Shown here piece after piece: positions 45,971-56,221 of a DNA stretch of 64,000 bases. Every line of letters starts with the position of its first letter. Position 1 is the first letter of the stretch. A program made the position numbers and the translations under genes. The stretch is from contig JABDCB010000003.1 in assembly GCA_013288325.1 (NCBI GenBank), positions 26,015 to 90,014 on the forward strand. Direction: 5' to 3'. Origin of the DNA: Bacteroidota bacterium (GTDB taxonomy: Bacteria > Bacteroidota > Bacteroidia > Palsa-965). The notes beneath the pieces are model-generated. The model ran no database searches. It had not been told where the DNA came from and worked only from the letters and a program-made list of their open reading frames with translations.

Positions 45971-46109
45971 AGTCGTTTGTTTTTAGTGGTTTAATTTCCG
46001 AATCAAAGATCAGCCAGAAAGCTTCTTGCACTTGTTAATGAATTTCAAATATTCCTTTCCCAATTCTTAACAAAACACAACAACAGCACTGATTCCTTAT
46101 CTTTATCAA

Positions 46110-47372
46110 ATGGGAAGAAACAGTATCCGCCTTCTTATCTTTTTAGCGGCTGTCAGCATTATCGGCATTACCGTAACTCAGATTTACTGGGTAAAAAAAG
46201 CCTTTGATTTAAAGGAAACCCAGTTTAATGTAAATGTAAATCTGGGTCTGAAAACGGTTGCCGATTCGGTAGCTAAAATAAATCACAGCTACTCCGACAC
46301 CCTTAATGAGGTAAACCAGCTTTCTTCCAACTACTTTGTGGTTAATATAAGCCAATCTGTTGCCCCGGCTACCCTGGAGCGTTTGCTGAAAAAGGAATTC
46401 ATCAAGCGGGGACTCCTTTTCAATTTCGGGGTGGTTATCTATACCGACGATAAACTCATTTATGGAAAGTGTATTGCCTTCAACAACGCTTCCATGGATA
46501 CACTTGCTCTTCATTCCCTACCCGATTGGAAAGGAAACCGCATTTATTTTGGCATCTTTTTTCCCGGCAAGGGTAGTGATCTTGCAGGGCAAATGAGTAT
46601 CTGGATCTTCTCCAGCACCATACTATTGGTTGTTATAGTCTTTTTTTCCTACACGCTTTTTGTCATTCTTCGTCAGAAAAAGCTATCCGAAATACAAAGA
46701 GACTTTGTAAACAACATGACCCATGAATTCCAGACCCCTATCTCCTCTATTCTGCTTTCATCACAGGTATTACAAGATCCGGATATTGTCCATTCGCCAC
46801 AACGTTTAAAACAATATGCCACGCTTATCAATGCCGAAACTAACAAACTAAGTAACCAGGTAAAAAGGATACTGGAAATGTCAACCATGGAAAGCAATCT
46901 CATCCGTCTTGACAAAGAACTTCTGGATGTACATGAAATTATTACGGAGGTTCGCAACAAATCCCTTGAGTCGCATCAATTGAATGGTTCTGCTTTTCAA
47001 CTCCGTCTTCAGGCAGAGCATCCCATGCTTAGAGCTGATAAGATTCACCTGGAAAACATACTATCCAACCTCATAGAAAATGCAATTAAATATTCACCGG
47101 AGCATCTTGAAATAACAATAAGCACCCGGGAAGAACGCAATGGATTGCTCATCATTGTTTCAGACAAAGGGATGGGAATTGATGAGCAGGAGAAAAAAAA
47201 GATATTCAATAAATTTTACCGTGTTCCCCAGGGCAACCGCCACGATGTAAAAGGGTTTGGACTCGGATTAAACTACGTATCACTGCTCGTCAAAGCACAT
47301 AACGGTATAATTGATGTCAACAGCACATTAGGCAAAGGCTCTGAATTCATTTTATTCTTCCCCAAAAATTGA
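46110..47372 (+). CDS. Sensor histidine kinase
   Basis: 420 aa. N-terminal TM, HisKA (THEFQTPISS), HATPase_c (N-box LIENAIKYS, DKGMGI, GFGLGL). Confidence 0.85.
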   Translation: MGRNSIRLLIFLAAVSIIGITVTQIYWVKKAFDLKETQFNVNVNLGLKTVADSVAKINHSYSDTLNEVNQLSSNYFVVNISQSVAPATLERLLKKEFIKRGLLFNFGVVIYTDDKLIYGKCIAFNNASMDTLALHSLPDWKGNRIYFGIFFPGKGSDLAGQMSIWIFSSTILLVVIVFFSYTLFVILRQKKLSEIQRDFVNNMTHEFQTPISSILLSSQVLQDPDIVHSPQRLKQYATLINAETNKLSNQVKRILEMSTMESNLIRLDKELLDVHEIITEVRNKSLESHQLNGSAFQLRLQAEHPMLRADKIHLENILSNLIENAIKYSPEHLEITISTREERNGLLIIVSDKGMGIDEQEKKKIFNKFYRVPQGNRHDVKGFGLGLNYVSLLVKAHNGIIDVNSTLGKGSEFILFFPKN

Positions 47373-47375
47373 CTT

Positions 47376-48074
47376 ATGAAAAAAGCAAAACTGCTGCTGG
47401 TAGAAGATGATACATCACTGGGGTTCATCATCAAAGATAATCTGGAGCTGAAAGGGTTTGAAGTAGATCTGCTTGCCGATGGAGATCTGGGATGGGCAGC
47501 CTACAAAACCAATGCATACGACTTGTGTATTCTGGATATAATGCTACCTAAAAAAGATGGTTTTTCCTTACTGGAATCCATCCGCAAACAAAACAAACAC
47601 ATTCCTGTTTTGTTTCTCACGGCCAGGGCAAGTCAGAAAGACAGAATAGAGGGCTTCCGTAAAGGAGCCGATGATTACATCGTAAAGCCATTTGGCATTG
47701 AAGAGCTTATTTTCAGGGTGGAAGTGTTTTTAAAAAGAAGTCATATAACCCTACCGGATAAAGACCTATTTCATATTGGACTCTATACATTTGACGCCAT
47801 CAACCTTACTCTTTGTGTCAAATCCAATACTATTACCCTTACACAGAAAGAAGCTGACCTGCTCAAACTCTTTTGCAATCACAAGGACCAACTGATAAAA
47901 CGGGAGGATATTCTGAAATCCGTTTGGGGGGATGATGATTATTTTTTGGGTCGCAGTCTGGATGTATTTGTTTCCAAGCTTCGCAAATATCTTAAAGAAG
48001 ATTCTTCCATTGAAATAGCCAATCAGTTTGGTATCGGGTTTCGTTTGTCGGAAAAGAAAACTGACGGGGTATAA
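47376..48074 (+). CDS. OmpR-family response regulator
   Basis: 232 aa. Receiver (LLVEDD...ILDIMLPKKDG) plus a winged-helix C-terminal domain. Confidence 0.9.
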   Translation: MKKAKLLLVEDDTSLGFIIKDNLELKGFEVDLLADGDLGWAAYKTNAYDLCILDIMLPKKDGFSLLESIRKQNKHIPVLFLTARASQKDRIEGFRKGADDYIVKPFGIEELIFRVEVFLKRSHITLPDKDLFHIGLYTFDAINLTLCVKSNTITLTQKEADLLKLFCNHKDQLIKREDILKSVWGDDDYFLGRSLDVFVSKLRKYLKEDSSIEIANQFGIGFRLSEKKTDGV

Positions 48075-48120
48075 TAAACTTAAATTCCGTCCGTTCTATT
48101 CATCAAACAAACAATGAACT

Positions 48121-48495
48121 ATGAAGAAATGGGCATCTCTCCTTTTAATCCCCATCGTACTATTTGAATTACAGGCTTGCAAAAAAAACGCCACAATCAT
48201 TCCCGCCCCTTCTGCCTGTATGACATTGAATTCAACAACTATTCATGTCCACAACGCCGTGATTGTACACAATTGTTCTGTTGCCGATCAGGTTTCCGTT
48301 GCTTTCACCGACTCTACACAGCCTGATCTTCGTACCTGCCGATGTACTTTTGTCTCCTACCCGTTTGACAATACTCAAACGTACCAATATGCGTTTAACA
48401 ATACGGGGCCCCATTATGTACATGTAATTGCAAGAAACAACGCCAATGGATCCCCGGTTGAATATGAAACCATGCTGGTGAATGTAATTCCCTGA
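48121..48495 (+). CDS. Hypothetical lipoprotein
   Basis: 124 aa. Lipoprotein signal MKKWASLLLIPIVLFELQAC. Confidence 0.55.
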   Translation: MKKWASLLLIPIVLFELQACKKNATIIPAPSACMTLNSTTIHVHNAVIVHNCSVADQVSVAFTDSTQPDLRTCRCTFVSYPFDNTQTYQYAFNNTGPHYVHVIARNNANGSPVEYETMLVNVIP

Positions 48496-48567
48496 ACATC
48501 TATTATCGTAATTAACCATTGCCAAAACAAGTTTTAGCGCTATTTTAGTACTGAAAAACTAAAACAA

Positions 48568-48816
48568 TTGTTTATGTCATTTCAGGCTTATCTGGATAAT
48601 ATCCAGACTAAAACAGGCAAATCACCCGAAGATTTTAAGAAACTGGCCAAAGCAAAGGGTTTTCTGAAACCGGAAACGAAAGCCGGACAGATAGTAGCCT
48701 GGCTAAAAGAAGATTTTGACCTCGGTCATGGACATGCCATGGCTATTGTGGCTTTTCTTAAAGACATGAAAGTGCCTGATAAAGAAAAAAAATCATCCAA
48801 GGCCAAAGGGAAATGA
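48568..48816 (+). CDS. DUF4287 domain protein
   Basis: 82 aa. MSFQAYLDNIQTKTGKSPEDFKKLAKAKG... matches the remembered DUF4287 N-terminal pattern. 4-nt ATGA overlap with the next gene. Confidence 0.6.
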   Translation: MFMSFQAYLDNIQTKTGKSPEDFKKLAKAKGFLKPETKAGQIVAWLKEDFDLGHGHAMAIVAFLKDMKVPDKEKKSSKAKGK

Positions 48817-49295
48817 CCACCTTTTCCTTTTCTGCCAAAATCTATATCATCGGGGTCAATCCATACGTACTCCTCCCCGCCCCAATCCTCAAACAGCTTT
48901 TCCTTCATGCCGGGAAAGACAAAGGGCCTATTCCCGTTAAGGGAACCATTAACGGTCACCCCTATCTTCAGACCCTGGTAAAATATAGTGGTAAATGGCG
49001 TCTTTATCTTAACACACCCATGCGTAAGGCGGCCGGGATTGATACGGGGGATAACGCTGACGTGGAAATTACATTCGATTCTGCTCCCCGTACTATTCCC
49101 ATGCATCCTAAATTGAAGAAGGCATTGGTGGAAAACAAAAAAGCAAACTCCACATTTGAGCAATTGGCTCCTTACCGAAAAAAAGAGATTGTACGGTATA
49201 TCAATTCTTTAAAAACAGAAGAATCTGTAAACCGGAATATTGACAAAGTGATCCGGCATTTATTGGGTAAGGACCGCTTTGCCGGAAGAGATTAA
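48813..49295 (+). CDS. DUF1905 + YdeI/OmpD-associated family protein
   Basis: 160 aa. N-terminal DUF1905-like beta domain (VKGTINGHPYLQTLVKYSGKWRLYLNTPMRKAAG) and a C-terminal YdeI-like helical domain (FEQLAPYRKKEIVRYINSLKTEESVNRNIDKV). Confidence 0.65.
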   Translation: MTTFSFSAKIYIIGVNPYVLLPAPILKQLFLHAGKDKGPIPVKGTINGHPYLQTLVKYSGKWRLYLNTPMRKAAGIDTGDNADVEITFDSAPRTIPMHPKLKKALVENKKANSTFEQLAPYRKKEIVRYINSLKTEESVNRNIDKVIRHLLGKDRFAGRD

Positions 49296-49297
49296 TA

Positions 49298-49735
49298 ATG
49301 TATCTTTCTAATTACAACAGCAAAAACATCTTTATGGAAAAAGGAACAAAAGAAAGCCCCTGGAAACTAAAAACACCACCACTTACATCCGAATATGAAA
49401 TGTATAAAGATGTGAAAGATGGAAAAGATGTGATTGTTTGTGTGGTGGGTAAAACCACATTATTATATGATTATCGCTGTTTGGCTGATCTTCATGCCAT
49501 GTTAAAAAAACATGGAGACTGGATGGAACTGGGCAGTGCCGACGAGCAAAAGCCGGTCAAGGAAGGTACTGTAGAGGCTTGGGGACGTTCAGATAAAAAT
49601 CCTGTAAAAGGATGGTATGGGTTAAAGAAGGGACTGCGCGGAAGGTTCGGGATGTATGTTCCTCCTCTCATGGAAAAGCTGGGATTGGCTGAGTTGGAAC
49701 ACAACCCCAAGAACAACAGAATGAAAGCCAAATAA
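49298..49735 (+). CDS. Hypothetical protein
   Basis: 145 aa (or 133 aa from MEKGTKESPW). No family recognised. Confidence 0.5.
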   Translation: MYLSNYNSKNIFMEKGTKESPWKLKTPPLTSEYEMYKDVKDGKDVIVCVVGKTTLLYDYRCLADLHAMLKKHGDWMELGSADEQKPVKEGTVEAWGRSDKNPVKGWYGLKKGLRGRFGMYVPPLMEKLGLAELEHNPKNNRMKAK

Positions 49736-49742
49736 TTCTGCT

Positions 49743-50285
49743 ATGGCAAAAGAAGTGCTTTCTGTCAGGGAAATAAGGAAGGAAGATATTCCCTGTATTA
49801 CCGATTACTGGCTAAACTCAGATTCCGATTTCATGCATGGCATGGGAGTGGATACAACTAAAATACCGGGGCGGGAACAATGGAATTTCATGCTGAATCA
49901 GCAGCTTTCCCTGGACTATAAACATAAGAAATCTTATTGCCTTATATGGGAAGTGGATGGACAAGCAGTAGGCCATTCTAATGTCAATCCGGTTGAATTT
50001 GGACAGGAGGCTCACATGCATTTACATCTTTGGAATGTCGGCAGCCGAAAAAAAGGGATGGGCGCAGCCTTTGTCCGTTTAAGTTTACCCTGGTATTTCG
50101 ACCGCATGGAGCTCAAAAAACTCTACTGCACTCCTTATGCCCTCAACCCGGCCCCTAACAGAACCATACAAAAAGTGGGATTTGATTTTGTCATTAAGCA
50201 ACGCTGCATACCGGGATCATTGAACTTTGAACAGGAAGTGAATGTATGGGTACTTACCAGTGAAAAATATCAGCGTTTGTTATAA
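49743..50285 (+). CDS. GNAT-family N-acetyltransferase (putative)
   Basis: 180 aa. The size and the V.GHSNVN...KG.G pattern are compatible with the GNAT fold. Weak call. Confidence 0.5.
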   Translation: MAKEVLSVREIRKEDIPCITDYWLNSDSDFMHGMGVDTTKIPGREQWNFMLNQQLSLDYKHKKSYCLIWEVDGQAVGHSNVNPVEFGQEAHMHLHLWNVGSRKKGMGAAFVRLSLPWYFDRMELKKLYCTPYALNPAPNRTIQKVGFDFVIKQRCIPGSLNFEQEVNVWVLTSEKYQRLL

Positions 50286-50349
50286 TCCTCCCTCTTCTTT
50301 ATTATCAGCGCTAAGGATTCCTCACTATATTTGCTTGATGGTTTTTAAG

Positions 50350-52128
50350 ATGTCTTTTATGAAACATTATTTCTTCTTTTCTTGTTTTTTGATCATTCTG
50401 GCAGCCGTAACGATAACCGGTTGTTCCGGTTCGGGTAGTAAACATGACAATTCAGCAAAAAAAGACTTCCGTGTTGTAGTTTGGGAGCTGGCTGATCCGG
50501 ATATGTTACAACCGATTATCAGCACGGAAAATAATGCCGACATGATCATGAAGTATATGTTTCAGTCATTGCTTGAAATAGACTTTAATACCCTCGAACT
50601 TACCCCTTGTTTGGCAGACAACCGCCCTGTAAAAGAAAAAACGCCTGACGGCAAAGTGCATTATACTTTTCACATCCGGAAAGAAGCGAAATGGGATAAT
50701 GGAAGCCCCATTACCGCCCGCGATATTGAATTTACCTTAAAAGCTGTTTTTAATCCTGCTGTGAATAACCCGGGTGTTAAATCCACCCTCGACAATATTT
50801 CCGACATTCAGTTATATCCTGAAGATCCTAAAAAGGTAACCTTCACATTTGATACCGTATACTTCCTGGCTGAAGTGGGTTGCGGTGGATTTCAAATTCT
50901 TCCGGAGTATGCATACGACCCTAAAGGTCTTATGAAAGAATTTTCTGTTAAAGAGCTGATGAAGAATGGCAGCAAATACCAAAACGATCCAAAGATTCAG
51001 GAGTTTGCCACCGATATGAACTCCGAAAAACGTATGCGGGATAAAGATTTTATCTCCGGCAGCGGAGCTTACCAGCTTCAGGAGTGGATACCTCATCAGC
51101 GTATCACCTTGAAAAAGAAGAAAAACTATTGGGGCGACAGTCTGGCCGAAACGGTTCCTTATCTGGCCGGCAACCCGGGTCAGATTGTATTCAGCACCAT
51201 CAGCGATTATACTGCCGCGGTTGTAGCCCTGAAAGCAGGAAATCTGGATGTGCTGTATTCCATCAAGCCAAAGGATTTTATTGAATTGAAAAAGAATCCG
51301 AAGATTATGGACAAATTCAATATTTACACACCGGCCTCGCTATCCTATAGTTATATTGGCATGAATACCCATTCGAAGCTATTCAGCAGTAAAAAGGTTC
51401 GGCAGGCATTCTGCCACATGGCGGATGTAGACCGGTATATCCAAACCGTTTATTACGGATTGGCACAAAGGGTTGTTGGCCCCGTGCATCCTTCCCGGAC
51501 CAAGAGCTATGCATCCGACATTCCTTTATATGACTTCAATATTGACAAAGCAAAAGCAATGCTGGCAGAAGAAGGATGGAAGGATACCAATGGCGATGGA
51601 GTTGTAGACAAAGTCATTGACGGGGTACGTACAGAATTTAATGTCAAACTGACCATCAATTCCGAAAGTGAGCTTCGGAAATCGATTGCACTCATGTTTC
51701 AGGAAGATGCCCGTAAAGCCGGAATAGGGGTATCTGTTGAATCCGAACAGTGGAGCACCTTCATCGGCAATCTCAAAAAACACGACATGGATCTTTTTAT
51801 CAGCGCATGGGTACAGACTCCGACCGACAATGACTTGAAACAAATTTTTCACAGTTCTTCCGCAGTAACCGGTGGAGATAACTACGCCAGTTTCACCAAC
51901 CATTTAACAGACTCACTCATGGATGCCATCCGTGTGGAACTGGATGATAACAAACGAGCCGATCTGTATAAAAAATTCCAGGCTGTGCTTCACGACGAAT
52001 CGCCTTATATCTTTCTTTTTGCTCCTACAGAGCGTATGGCTTTCAGTAAAAAATTCGGTAATGCGGTAGGGTCCTCCATGCGCCCCGGCTTTAATGCTGC
52101 TGAATTCACATTGAAAGAATCCAACTAA
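50350..52128 (+). CDS. ABC transporter substrate-binding lipoprotein, family 5 (oligopeptide/dipeptide type)
   Basis: The start is set at MSFMKHYFFFSCFLIILAAVTITGC, a lipoprotein signal. The ORF-track start at 50242 overlaps the GNAT gene. Family-5 SBP size and motifs. Confidence 0.85.
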   Translation: MSFMKHYFFFSCFLIILAAVTITGCSGSGSKHDNSAKKDFRVVVWELADPDMLQPIISTENNADMIMKYMFQSLLEIDFNTLELTPCLADNRPVKEKTPDGKVHYTFHIRKEAKWDNGSPITARDIEFTLKAVFNPAVNNPGVKSTLDNISDIQLYPEDPKKVTFTFDTVYFLAEVGCGGFQILPEYAYDPKGLMKEFSVKELMKNGSKYQNDPKIQEFATDMNSEKRMRDKDFISGSGAYQLQEWIPHQRITLKKKKNYWGDSLAETVPYLAGNPGQIVFSTISDYTAAVVALKAGNLDVLYSIKPKDFIELKKNPKIMDKFNIYTPASLSYSYIGMNTHSKLFSSKKVRQAFCHMADVDRYIQTVYYGLAQRVVGPVHPSRTKSYASDIPLYDFNIDKAKAMLAEEGWKDTNGDGVVDKVIDGVRTEFNVKLTINSESELRKSIALMFQEDARKAGIGVSVESEQWSTFIGNLKKHDMDLFISAWVQTPTDNDLKQIFHSSSAVTGGDNYASFTNHLTDSLMDAIRVELDDNKRADLYKKFQAVLHDESPYIFLFAPTERMAFSKKFGNAVGSSMRPGFNAAEFTLKESN

Positions 52129-52150
52129 TCCTACAACCCGGATAAAAGGA

Positions 52151-53584
52151 ATGCTGCGATATATCATTAAACGCATACTTATCTTCATTCCTACCCTCTT
52201 TGTCATTTCCCTTTTCACCTTTGCAATCAGTGTTAATGCTCCGGGTGATCCGCTGGATCAATTATTGAATAAGAACGCCGGAGGCGATGGACAAATTGCT
52301 GATAAACTGGCCAGCGAAAAAACATATCGTGTAGCACGGCATGATTACGGCTTTGATCTTCCTTTGTTTTATTTTGATCTCAGCAACGCCTCTGCTCCCG
52401 ATACTTTATATAAGATACCTGACATTACCCAACGTCAGACATTGGAAAGGCTGGCAAATAGTTATGGCTCCTGGAAAGAGATAAGCGCTTATTATCTGCT
52501 GCTTCGTCAAATTGATCTGAATCTGCTCCAATCATCGGCATCATCAGCAAAGCCGGAATTGATTTATCGCATGAGAACGGAAATTACCGAGCTCTATAAT
52601 TGCTACGATGATGCGAGAATACGATATCGCTTTTCCAATCTCACCAAGCTGGAACTTGAAGGCAAAGGTTTGCTGGCTGACGAAACCATGTTCTCCAATC
52701 TTCAAAAAAACTATGAAGCTATTCTGGCTCACTCAAAACCCTATCGAAAATATATTCCCACTATTCACTGGCATGGTACGGCTAACCAATATCATCGTTG
52801 GTTTATCCGTTTCATTCAGGGCGATTTCGGTATTTCGTATCAGGATCAGCGTCCTGTAAGTTCTTCCATCAAGGAAGCATGGCCGTGGACGGTTGGTATC
52901 AGCCTGGTTTCTGTATTGCTGGCCTTCTTTATTGCTATACCCATGGGAGTAAATGCGGCTATCAACAAAGGGCGTTTGAGTGAAAAGGTGAGTACAACAG
53001 GTTTGTTTATGCTTTATTCCCTTCCTAATTTCTGGATCGGGACCTTATTCGTCATCTTTTTGTGCGGAGGCGATTGGCTGAATATCTTTCCCGGCCCGGG
53101 GGCTGATCCTATCCCAGCCGATGCATCCTTTTTAACACATGTTGTTCAGACGTGTTACCGCCTTATTCTTCCCCTTATTTGCTGGACCTATGGTACCATT
53201 GCTTTTATCTCCCGGCAAATGCGCGGAGGCATCCTGAATGTCATCGGACAGGATTACATTCGTACTGCCAGAGCAAAAGGCCTGGATGAAAAAAAGGTGA
53301 TCTGGAAACATGCATTAAAAAATTCTCTGCTACCGATAATCACCCTCTTTGCTGATGTATTTCCTCTTTCCGTATCGGGATCGGTAGTACTGGAACATAT
53401 TTTCAATATTCCCGGAATGGGGCAATTAAGTTATGAAGCATTTTTTGCCAAGAACTACCCCGTCATTTTTGCTGTACTTATGCTAACTGCGTTTCTTACT
53501 TTATTTGGAAATCTGGTATCGGATATTTTATATGCATGGGTAGATCCGCGCATATCCTATGTCAGTAAAGAAAATGCAGAATGA
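52151..53584 (+). CDS. ABC transporter permease (OppB/DppB-like, long periplasmic insertion)
   Basis: 477 aa. N-terminal IIKRILIFIPTLFVISLFTFAISVNAPGDP and EAA loop YIRTARAKGL. Confidence 0.85.
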   Translation: MLRYIIKRILIFIPTLFVISLFTFAISVNAPGDPLDQLLNKNAGGDGQIADKLASEKTYRVARHDYGFDLPLFYFDLSNASAPDTLYKIPDITQRQTLERLANSYGSWKEISAYYLLLRQIDLNLLQSSASSAKPELIYRMRTEITELYNCYDDARIRYRFSNLTKLELEGKGLLADETMFSNLQKNYEAILAHSKPYRKYIPTIHWHGTANQYHRWFIRFIQGDFGISYQDQRPVSSSIKEAWPWTVGISLVSVLLAFFIAIPMGVNAAINKGRLSEKVSTTGLFMLYSLPNFWIGTLFVIFLCGGDWLNIFPGPGADPIPADASFLTHVVQTCYRLILPLICWTYGTIAFISRQMRGGILNVIGQDYIRTARAKGLDEKKVIWKHALKNSLLPIITLFADVFPLSVSGSVVLEHIFNIPGMGQLSYEAFFAKNYPVIFAVLMLTAFLTLFGNLVSDILYAWVDPRISYVSKENAE

Positions 53585-54924
53585 AAAACTGGCAACTTCT
53601 TTTCCCTGGTAAAAAAACAAACGCTGCCCTTCAACAGATCGGAAGAGGTGGAAGTGATACGAAGTTATGGAGGATGGCCTTGCAGCAGTTTCGTAAAAAC
53701 AAACTGGCGATTTGGTCGTTCCGGTTCATTATTTTTCTGACTATTATCGCTTTATCCGCTGATTTCCTTGCCAATGAAAAACCATTAATTTGTAAGTATA
53801 AAGACAAGGTCTATTTTCCGGTGGTGAGAGAATATCTGGTAGATGCAGGTATCTCCCGATGGCCGGTAGATTTGGTGAATGTGGATTGGAAAAAATTAGA
53901 TTATCAATGGTCCATCTTCCCTCCTATTCCGTATTTACCACAAAATCTGGATCATGTAAATGAGCATAGCGTAAGTCCTTTTGGCAAACAACAACTCCCT
54001 TCCAGGCGATGGAGACATTGGATGGGTACGGATGAACTTGGCAGGGATGTATTGGCCGGAATGCTGCATGGAACAAGAATTGCCCTGAGCATTGGTATTG
54101 TATCCATGGGTCTTGCTCTTTTAATCGGTGTTTTTATCGGAGCTCTGGCCGGCTTCTTCGGTGATGATCGTCTTTCCATATCAAGGGCCCGGCTGATCTT
54201 TAATATCATTTTCGGGTTCCTCGCTTTTTTCTATGGCCTGGGGTCCAGATCCTATATCTTACAAGATGCCCTAGCCAATTCTTTCGGCGCTTTCTTTATA
54301 CAGCTCATCATCAGCCTGTTTATTATCGTATGTATTATGACTTTCGGGAATCTTTGCTGTCTGCCGTTTAAAAAGATACCCTGGCTGAAGAAAAAAATAA
54401 ACATTCCGGTTGATCTGCTCTTATCCCGCTTTATAGAAATAATGAATTCCATCCCAACCCTGTTTCTCATTATTTCTGTTTCCGCTATTGTTACAAGGCC
54501 TTCCATTTTTGTGGTCATGGTTATAATAGGACTTACGGCATGGACCGGCATAGCCCGTTTTACCAGAGCCGAGTTACTCAGGATTCGAAATCTTGAATAC
54601 ATTGAAGCTGCCAAAGCGCTTGGATTCACCCAATTCAGAATCTTATTGAAACATGCCATCCCCAATGCCCTCTCCCCGGTTCTCATAGCACTGGCCTTTG
54701 GTATTGCCAATTCGATATTGGTAGAGTCTGTTTTATCTTTTCTGGGAATCGGAGTTCCGGCAGAAACCATTACATGGGGTTCCTTGCTTTCTCAGGCACA
54801 ACAAACCCCTGGAGCCTGGTGGATAGCTGTATTCCCCGGATTGGCTATATTCCTGACTGTAACGGTATATAATCTGGTAGGAGAAGGGCTTACTGATGCG
54901 TTGGATCCGAAATTGAAGAAGTAA
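53581..54924 (+). CDS. ABC transporter permease (OppC/DppC-like with N-terminal extension)
   Basis: 447 aa. 4-nt overlap with the previous gene. EAA loop YIEAAKALGF. Confidence 0.85.
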   Translation: MKNWQLLFPGKKTNAALQQIGRGGSDTKLWRMALQQFRKNKLAIWSFRFIIFLTIIALSADFLANEKPLICKYKDKVYFPVVREYLVDAGISRWPVDLVNVDWKKLDYQWSIFPPIPYLPQNLDHVNEHSVSPFGKQQLPSRRWRHWMGTDELGRDVLAGMLHGTRIALSIGIVSMGLALLIGVFIGALAGFFGDDRLSISRARLIFNIIFGFLAFFYGLGSRSYILQDALANSFGAFFIQLIISLFIIVCIMTFGNLCCLPFKKIPWLKKKINIPVDLLLSRFIEIMNSIPTLFLIISVSAIVTRPSIFVVMVIIGLTAWTGIARFTRAELLRIRNLEYIEAAKALGFTQFRILLKHAIPNALSPVLIALAFGIANSILVESVLSFLGIGVPAETITWGSLLSQAQQTPGAWWIAVFPGLAIFLTVTVYNLVGEGLTDALDPKLKK

Positions 54925-54957
54925 GAAGAAGAAGATAGACTCAATATATAGAGGGGG

Positions 54958-55560
54958 CTATTTTTTGTTTTTTGCTTCAAACTCCTTGATCAGCTGTTCA
55001 TCAGATTTACCAAGATTGGAAATAGCAACTTTAGCATCTTCCGCTAATTTGTGTTTGGGATAGTCTTTGATAATCTGCTCATAAATCACCTTTGCTTTTT
55101 CATCCTGACCGGGCAGATTACTGTCATAAATCATAGCCTCCTGGTATAAAGCTTCCACTACATATTTATAATCCGGGTAGTTATTGGCCACTGTCTGATA
55201 ACATACAATGCCCTGATCGTAATTACCTGCTGCCACAGCTATACCACCTGCACGGAAATAATAGTCGGGAGACTCCTTATCGTTTGGAAAGGTGGAAGCA
55301 TAATCAAGATAAGCTTTGATCATATTGTTAGCGATCTTCCGGTCAAAGTTTTTGCTCGACTTCATGTCTTGTTCAGCCTTTGTTACCTGATCTACATACA
55401 TCTGTTTATTCGGATGCGCCAAACGGATGGCTCTTGCCCGGGCGCTATCCGCTTCCACTTTTGCTTTATTATCTGCACTACCGTTTCCACAGGAGCAGGC
55501 TAATGCAATAAATAAGCTTACAAAACCAGTTTTGTAAAAGGTCAAAGAATATCTGTTCAT
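54958..55560 (-). CDS. TPR-repeat lipoprotein
   Basis: 200 aa. Lipoprotein signal (FIALACSCGNGS). TPR-like helices. Confidence 0.65.
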   Translation of the reverse strand: MNRYSLTFYKTGFVSLFIALACSCGNGSADNKAKVEADSARARAIRLAHPNKQMYVDQVTKAEQDMKSSKNFDRKIANNMIKAYLDYASTFPNDKESPDYYFRAGGIAVAAGNYDQGIVCYQTVANNYPDYKYVVEALYQEAMIYDSNLPGQDEKAKVIYEQIIKDYPKHKLAEDAKVAISNLGKSDEQLIKEFEAKNKK

Positions 55561-55602
55561 ATGCTGTAATAAGTATGGTAAGCTGTAAGGAAATACATCA
55601 AT

Positions 55603-56187
55603 CTATTTAAGCGGAAAACGCATTTTATAATCGGTCTGCACTTTTCCTTTCGAAATATCCAGCAATTTCCCCTTTATAAGTCTTTTCCTGAGCGGGCTGA
55701 TACGATCAGTAAATAACTTGCCATCTACGTGATCGTATTCATGTTGTATAATCCGGGCAGCCATACCGGTAAAGGTTTCTTTATGAGTTTTGAAATTCTC
55801 ATCCTGATAGGTCATTTCAATATCCGGCTGACGAAGAACATCTTCCCTGATCTTAGGAATACTGAGACACCCTTCATTAAATTTCCAGAGTTCCCCATCT
55901 TCACTAAGGATACGGGCATTAATAAACACCCTTTTGAAGTTTTTCAGAAACTCCACCTCTCCTGGTTCCAGCTCTTCGTCTTCATCATCAGCAAAAGGAA
56001 CCGCATCCACAATAAAAAGGCGGATTGATTTCCCTACCTGCGGGGCAGCTAAACCAACTCCTTTAGCATGATACATGGTATCAAACATATTTGCTATCAG
56101 TTCCTTTAAACCAGGATAATCACGGTCAATTTCCTCTCCCTGTTTCTTCAAAACCGGGTCACCATAAGCTACAATCGGTAAAATCAT
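55603..56187 (-). CDS. def: Peptide deformylase
   Basis: GVGLAAPQVG, EGCLSIP, QHEYDHVDG motifs. Confidence 0.92.
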   Translation of the reverse strand: MILPIVAYGDPVLKKQGEEIDRDYPGLKELIANMFDTMYHAKGVGLAAPQVGKSIRLFIVDAVPFADDEDEELEPGEVEFLKNFKRVFINARILSEDGELWKFNEGCLSIPKIREDVLRQPDIEMTYQDENFKTHKETFTGMAARIIQHEYDHVDGKLFTDRISPLRKRLIKGKLLDISKGKVQTDYKMRFPLK

Positions 56188-56221
56188 GAATTATGATCGA
56201 TTATTTTAATACTAATTTAAA

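Noticed and set aside
50242-50349. ORF-track start at 50242 for the ABC substrate-binding protein
   Set aside because: It overlaps the GNAT gene by 44 nt and adds 36 non-signal residues. The lipoprotein signal begins at MSFMKHYFFF (50350).
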